From an uncultured delta proteobacterium (GTDB lineage: Bacteria > Bdellovibrionota > FAC87 > UBA2466), in assembly GCA_963778115.1 (NCBI GenBank), contig CAVZSV010000004.1:2304001-2368000 (forward strand): a stretch of 64,000 bases of DNA. The letters are read 5' to 3'. Below the pieces are notes generated by a model. The model had not been told where the DNA came from. It saw only the letters and a list, made by a program, of their open reading frames with translations, and did no database searches. The translations under genes were made by a program, and so were the position numbers. Positions 59,396 through 64,000 of this stretch are shown in pieces (position 1 is the stretch's first letter; each line of letters opens with the position of its first letter).

Positions 59396-59513
59396 TCGGC
59401 ACCTCTTTTATGAGACGACGTTAATGGCAGTTGTAGCGCAACGTGTCAAGAGGGCGTTTAGAAGCGGTCAGCGTTTGGTGAGGGCCTTAGATCATCGCTA
59501 AGTATTTGAAATT

Positions 59514-61175
59514 CTAGTGCTTACCGAATACTTCGAACTGCTCAACATGGAAGCTAGGATCGGATTTGATAATGATGGTTTTGGCGAAGCGATCTTCCAA
59601 TTTATGGACGTGTTTGCGTTCGTCTTCCATCATCTTGAAGGTCACATCGGGGTTAGCGAATACCACTATATTCTTGGTATTTCCCAGAGCCTCTTTTTCG
59701 ATTTCACGGAAAATCTCAAAGCAAATCGTGCGGCGGCTCTTGTGGTATCCCCGCCCTTCACAGTTCACACAAGTTTCGGTTAAGTAGCGAACCAGATCTT
59801 CGTGGGTGCGCTTGCGGGTCATTTCTACAAGACCCAGGTCAGAAATCTTTAGAATATTGGTTCGCGCGCGATCTTCACCAAGAGATTCTTGAAGGGCCTG
59901 ATAGACCTTTTCGCGGTTCTCCCCACTCTCCATATCGATGAGATCGATGATGATGATACCGCCCACGTTTCGGATACGTAGTTGGTAAGCGACCTCTTTA
60001 ACCGCTTCGAGGTTAGTCTTTAAGATAGTCTCTTCCAGTGATTTGGAACCTACATAACGGCCGGTGTTTACGTCGATAGCGGTGAGGGCCTCCGATTGAT
60101 CGATAAGAAGATAGCCACCCGATTTAAGCCAAACCTTTTTCCCCAAAGCGCGAGAGATTTCGGCTTCGATGCCGTAATGCTCAAAGAGCTGAGAAGGTCC
60201 TTTGAAAAGTTTCACGCGTCCTTTGAGCCGCGGCATGAACTGTCCGATGAATCGTAAAACGTGTTCGTATTCGTCCGGATCGTCGATAACAAAGGAATCG
60301 ACTTCATCCGTGAAAAAATCTCGAACCGCTCGCATGGCAAGCGATAAGTCTTCGTGAATTAAGGCAGGGGCCTTTTTACGGGCCGCATCGCGTTTTATCC
60401 GCGTCCAGAGTTTCACAAGATAGTCAGTGTCGGCTTTAAGGTCTCGGAAACTCTTCCCTTCGGCGACCGTTCGGATAATGAACCCGACGCCCTTGGGACG
60501 GATGCGCTTCAAAAAGAGGTCTCTAAGACGACGACGCTCTCGTTCGTGCTCAATACGACGAGAAATTCCGACGTGTTTTACGGTCGGCATCAAAACTAAA
60601 TTTCTTCCGGGTAAGCTGATGTGGGTAGTGAGACGCGCTCCTTTGGTTCCGATGGGAGCCTTGGCTACCTGAACGAGAATCTCTTGCCCTTCTTTTAGAA
60701 GGTCTTGAATGTTGGCACGCTCTCGATTGCGCCGATTTGAGAAACGGCGTTTGCCTTGAGGGCGTCGTTGCGGTCGCCTGTCGTTGCGTCCCTGGCCGCG
60801 GCCTCCTGCTCCCCCCCGTCCCTCGTCTTCGCCCCCTTCACGATACCGATCTTGAGGCGCATCAGGGTCACGATGTCCATCTCCCTCGTCGGAGGCTTCT
60901 TCCTCGTCATCATTTTCTTCTTCGACTTCGACGTCGCTTCCGAACGGATCATCGGTGATATCATCGACGTAAAGAAAAGCGGTGCGTTCCAGGCCTAGTT
61001 CTAGGAAAGCGGCTTGCATACCAGGGAGAACACGTTTTACGACACCTTTATAAACATTCCCGACGACATTACGGTCTTCTTCCCGTTCGATGTGCAGTTG
61101 TCGGATCTCGCCATTCTCTAAGGTGGCCACACGGGTTTCGTAGTGGCTGGCATTAACCAAAATCTGTTTGCTCAT
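59514..61175 (-). CDS. rng: Ribonuclease G / Rne-Rng family
   Basis: VGNVYKG..VLPGMQAAF, VQVAKAPIGTKGARLT, IDVNTG, GGIIIIDLIDM, CVNCEGRG; ATG 61175. Confidence 0.95.
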   Translation of the reverse strand: MSKQILVNASHYETRVATLENGEIRQLHIEREEDRNVVGNVYKGVVKRVLPGMQAAFLELGLERTAFLYVDDITDDPFGSDVEVEEENDDEEEASDEGDGHRDPDAPQDRYREGGEDEGRGGAGGRGQGRNDRRPQRRPQGKRRFSNRRNRERANIQDLLKEGQEILVQVAKAPIGTKGARLTTHISLPGRNLVLMPTVKHVGISRRIEHERERRRLRDLFLKRIRPKGVGFIIRTVAEGKSFRDLKADTDYLVKLWTRIKRDAARKKAPALIHEDLSLAMRAVRDFFTDEVDSFVIDDPDEYEHVLRFIGQFMPRLKGRVKLFKGPSQLFEHYGIEAEISRALGKKVWLKSGGYLLIDQSEALTAIDVNTGRYVGSKSLEETILKTNLEAVKEVAYQLRIRNVGGIIIIDLIDMESGENREKVYQALQESLGEDRARTNILKISDLGLVEMTRKRTHEDLVRYLTETCVNCEGRGYHKSRRTICFEIFREIEKEALGNTKNIVVFANPDVTFKMMEDERKHVHKLEDRFAKTIIIKSDPSFHVEQFEVFGKH

Positions 61176-61199
61176 CGTAATTCGTGTCCCAAAAAGTAG

Positions 61200-61272
61200 T
61201 GAGCCGCGATGGATTTGAACCATCGACCCTCTCCTTAAAAGGGAGATGCTCTACCAACTGAGCTAGCGGCCC
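61200..61272 (-). tRNA. tRNA-Lys (anticodon TTT), CCA not encoded
   Basis: Reverse complement GGGCCGCTAGCTCAGTTGGTAGAGCATCTCCCTTTTAAGGAGAGGGTCGATGGTTCAAATCCATCGCGGCTCA. Confidence 0.96.
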
Positions 61273-61391
61273 GTCACCACAGCGGAATCCCGATAGACAG
61301 ACCAGCAATACCGGCCAGCGTATCGGGAAGACGATTATTATCCTCAGTAGCCGCACAATGGCAAGTAATCTCAATGTGCTAGAATAGAAGG

Positions 61392-62000
61392 GTGGCACGA
61401 AATTACACTTCCCGGCTGCCAGTTCCACGACTTATCTCGGTAATGGGACTGATAGCCCTTTGGTTCGGGTCGTCATCTTGCTGGTTCCAAAGCGCCAAAA
61501 CACCCGACCTGCAGATCAATTTGTACTCCGGTGTCGTGGGAATTGCCCGGCTGGGCGACCCCGAAAGCGAAAATTCCCCCTCCGAATGGAAGTGCGAAAG
61601 GGAGGAGATCGCCCCCGATTCCGACCTGGGAGGCTTAAATTTTACTTCGACGTGTCACTATCGGGAGCTGGGCATTCAGACCTATTTTCGGTTCGGAAGG
61701 CTGTCTCTGATGGAGATTCAAGAGCCTTTTCACGGGATAATCCGGGGCATGGATTTCGATCTTTTCTCCCTCGGTAATGTAGGTGGGGGAACCTGGCACG
61801 ACGCTCTGGTAAGAAAGTTCGGCGCTCCAGTCGCGGAAGCAAGCGGGGGCAGACTCTCCTCGGAGGCCCTTTTCTATGACTGGGGGGATATTGCCTACAA
61901 TGGGGCGGGCATCAATCAGCTCTCCCTGTATCACGAACCCAAAGTACGCACTTATCGAAACCAGAACTTTGGACGAGTGCTGGATTTAGGTTTTCACTAG
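61392..62000 (+). CDS. Hypothetical exported protein
   Basis: 202-aa ORF with hydrophobic N-terminal segment; start uncertain. Confidence 0.55.
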   Translation: MARNYTSRLPVPRLISVMGLIALWFGSSSCWFQSAKTPDLQINLYSGVVGIARLGDPESENSPSEWKCEREEIAPDSDLGGLNFTSTCHYRELGIQTYFRFGRLSLMEIQEPFHGIIRGMDFDLFSLGNVGGGTWHDALVRKFGAPVAEASGGRLSSEALFYDWGDIAYNGAGINQLSLYHEPKVRTYRNQNFGRVLDLGFH

Positions 62001-62002
62001 GG

Positions 62003-62383
62003 CTAGATCTTGCGGGGTCTGGCTATCGACATCGAAGCGAATAAGATAGTTGCGAGTGACAGAACGAGTACCGTTAGGACGTACAGGAAGGCTCTCCAGG
62101 AGTGAAAGCAAGAAAAAGGGGATCTGGCGTTCCAAAGAACGGCCATCGAAAGCAGTGCTATCCAAAGTCCCCAAGCGATATCCATCCAGCGCACGAGTTC
62201 ACTTCTCCACAATCCCAAAAGCGATAGAGAGAGGGGAATCGCAAAAAGTCCGACACACCGCACCCAAGTGTCGGCGGCCCATCCCCGTTCCGCGACGGAA
62301 ATAAACGGAAGATACATAGTAGGCGCCAGACTTAGCCCAACACCCGCCACGACGATACCGAGAAGACTCAAGAAAAGTCTCAT
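62003..62383 (-). CDS. Small hypothetical membrane protein (about 4 TM)
   Basis: Hydrophobic ORF filling the gap between neighbours. Confidence 0.5.
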   Translation of the reverse strand: MRLFLSLLGIVVAGVGLSLAPTMYLPFISVAERGWAADTWVRCVGLFAIPLSLSLLGLWRSELVRWMDIAWGLWIALLSMAVLWNARSPFSCFHSWRAFLYVLTVLVLSLATILFASMSIARPRKI

Positions 62384-62507
62384 TCCTCTCATGGTAACAT
62401 GACTTCACCTCGCATTAACATCTGTCGCCAATAAATGGAGGTGGCCCCTATACGTCCGGACCGGCTTGGTAGACTAGTTAGAGTGGGAAGATGAATAAGG
62501 GGGAACC

Positions 62508-63308
62508 ATGAAACGGATTGGCTTACTACTTTTGGGTGTCGCGGCATCCGCATTTGCAGCGCCCGACTATACGCTCCTTCAAAATTTTATAGGTGCGAAA
62601 GCCCTTCTCAAATGGGATGGAGCCTATAAAGAAGGCGTGGTGACGGTAGTGGCATCCGATTCTGGGGTCGGGTTTTCGACGGCCCCTTTGGACCTGGGTT
62701 CAAACCCGGTGCCAGCCTATTCGGAGATAACGAACTCCTCCATTACCACGTTATCGGCTTCGGGAACTACGGTAACGCAGACGGCACAAATTGGCGTCGA
62801 TGCGATCACGATTACGTATGTAATGAATGACGGCTACTACACCATCGAGGTTCAAGACTGTACTTCCGCGACTTGTAAACAGACTGAAGTGATTGCGACG
62901 ACGGGCAAAGCTCCAGGTGACGTGGTGACTCCGACACCTTTCTTGCAATCGCTCGCCGGCAGCTATGTCATGGACCTCGTCGCTGGAGCTCCGCCAGAAA
63001 CAAGTGATGCCAAAGGCGAAGTGGATACGACCAATACGCCTACTGAGGCCTCCTTATATTTCCCGTATTGCACTCCTAGCGGTTGTGATTTGGGTTATAT
63101 AGGCCTTCAGTATACTTCGACCCAGATCTTTCACGAAAATCTAGGCACCGGGCATGACATGTACACTATCTTCAAGTACTCCTCGACCAATCAGCTTTTG
63201 TATTACAATTGGGAAGTGAATAACGGAAGTATCACTTTTCGAAATCCCCAATACTCGCTTAGTGGAAAGACGGTTTGTTTAGAACACGTCATGCACAAAG
63301 GTTCTTAA
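62508..63308 (+). CDS. Hypothetical secreted beta-rich protein
   Basis: Signal peptide MKRIGLLLLGVAASAFA; Thr/Tyr-rich; paired Cys; AAGGGGG RBS. Confidence 0.75.
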   Translation: MKRIGLLLLGVAASAFAAPDYTLLQNFIGAKALLKWDGAYKEGVVTVVASDSGVGFSTAPLDLGSNPVPAYSEITNSSITTLSASGTTVTQTAQIGVDAITITYVMNDGYYTIEVQDCTSATCKQTEVIATTGKAPGDVVTPTPFLQSLAGSYVMDLVAGAPPETSDAKGEVDTTNTPTEASLYFPYCTPSGCDLGYIGLQYTSTQIFHENLGTGHDMYTIFKYSSTNQLLYYNWEVNNGSITFRNPQYSLSGKTVCLEHVMHKGS

Positions 63309-63955
63309 GCGTACATCTTATTGCTGAATTCTGAGATAGGCGCGCCCTTGACTCGGACGCTAATGCACTCGGTTTCGAGTGTTGGAGTCAAAACACCATC
63401 TTTACCGATGACGACATTTTGATTTTGCTTTCCTGAAAACCGTCGTAATGCCACTACCGAGCCTTCGGTTAGCGGCGAATTCCATTTCACGTGTTTGCCG
63501 GTCTTATCGAAAATGGCTAGGTACCACTGTTTTTTTTCACGGTGCATGTAGATGTACTGGGCCCCCGCGTTCCTAACTCCGGTTCTTTCCGTGTTGTCTT
63601 CCACCGCAAAAGCCTGTTCATCTATCAACTGACGCTGAATCCGGCGCATTAGCGCGCCCCTTTGCCTCTCTCGTTTTCGATCGTAAACAAATTTGGCGGC
63701 GAGTGCTACGAGAAGTATTCCTGAAATGATGAATAGGATTTGGATTAACCGGGCGAAAGAGCGGTTCTGTTTTCGAAGGTCTGAAATTTGATTTCCCATC
63801 GTTTTGATATGATCGAACACCAAGCTAGAGGACATGGCCTGCCCCTTATTCCCAGTAACGGCCATCTCTTTGGTTGTGGGATAAAGCAATTCGCGCCCGA
63901 ACTTGCTGGAAAGCAAGTGGTTGTCTGTTTGTCTTAGCGAAGAGGGATCGGTCAA
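63305..63955 (-). CDS. Hypothetical single-TM protein (start uncertain)
   Basis: ORF with a central TM segment; stop overlaps the convergent gene. Confidence 0.55.
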   Translation of the reverse strand: MTDPSSLRQTDNHLLSSKFGRELLYPTTKEMAVTGNKGQAMSSSLVFDHIKTMGNQISDLRKQNRSFARLIQILFIISGILLVALAAKFVYDRKRERQRGALMRRIQRQLIDEQAFAVEDNTERTGVRNAGAQYIYMHREKKQWYLAIFDKTGKHVKWNSPLTEGSVVALRRFSGKQNQNVVIGKDGVLTPTLETECISVRVKGAPISEFSNKMYA

Positions 63956-64000
63956 TTGCGCCAGAAGATCGGAGAGTTTTGGTTTGGGTTTTTGTGTTGC

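Noticed and set aside
61392..61410. Sigma54 promoter TGGCACGAAATTACAC
   Set aside because: The -24 box is good but the invariant -12 GC is missing
1..64000. CRISPR array, IS elements, rRNA
   Set aside because: No regularly spaced direct repeats, transposase-like ORFs or rRNA-like sequence were found by eye

Overview
Bacterial chromosomal window of roughly balanced GC, standard genetic code 11. Gene content and style suggest Bdellovibrionota/Oligoflexia or a related deltaproteobacteria-like lineage (inference). Most of it is housekeeping: namZ-like fragment, bcp, a glutathione cluster (gshA-type ligase, grx, ggt, nit1-like), a FadF-like Fe-S oxidoreductase, bioB, alaS-lptF/G-def-fmt-rpe-hutH-hutI, nadC-nadB, livKHMGF, xseB-ispA-dxs, tlyA, purB-C-S-Q-L-F, rng, tRNA-Ala(CGC) and tRNA-Lys(TTT). 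No CRISPR array, integrase, transposase or prophage was seen. alaS (in-frame TGA plus a +1 indel), nadB (two compensating indels) and purL (+1 indel) are interrupted, most plausibly by sequencing or assembly errors. The best novelty candidates are: (i) a coupled AurF-like diiron oxygenase / epoxide hydrolase / M24 peptidase / SDR operon preceded by a multi-stem structured intergenic element; (ii) a Zn-ribbon plus PcrA/UvrD-type Tudor protein next to an orphan AMMECR1; (iii) a sigma54-driven six-repeat beta-propeller lipoprotein; (iv) an output-less Cache-like sensor and a pseudo-patatin; (v) a tRNA-Lys gene directly upstream of the RNase G/E gene; (vi) recurring intergenic DNA motifs and several apparently leaderless genes. 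All family assignments come from motif recognition by eye; no database search was run.
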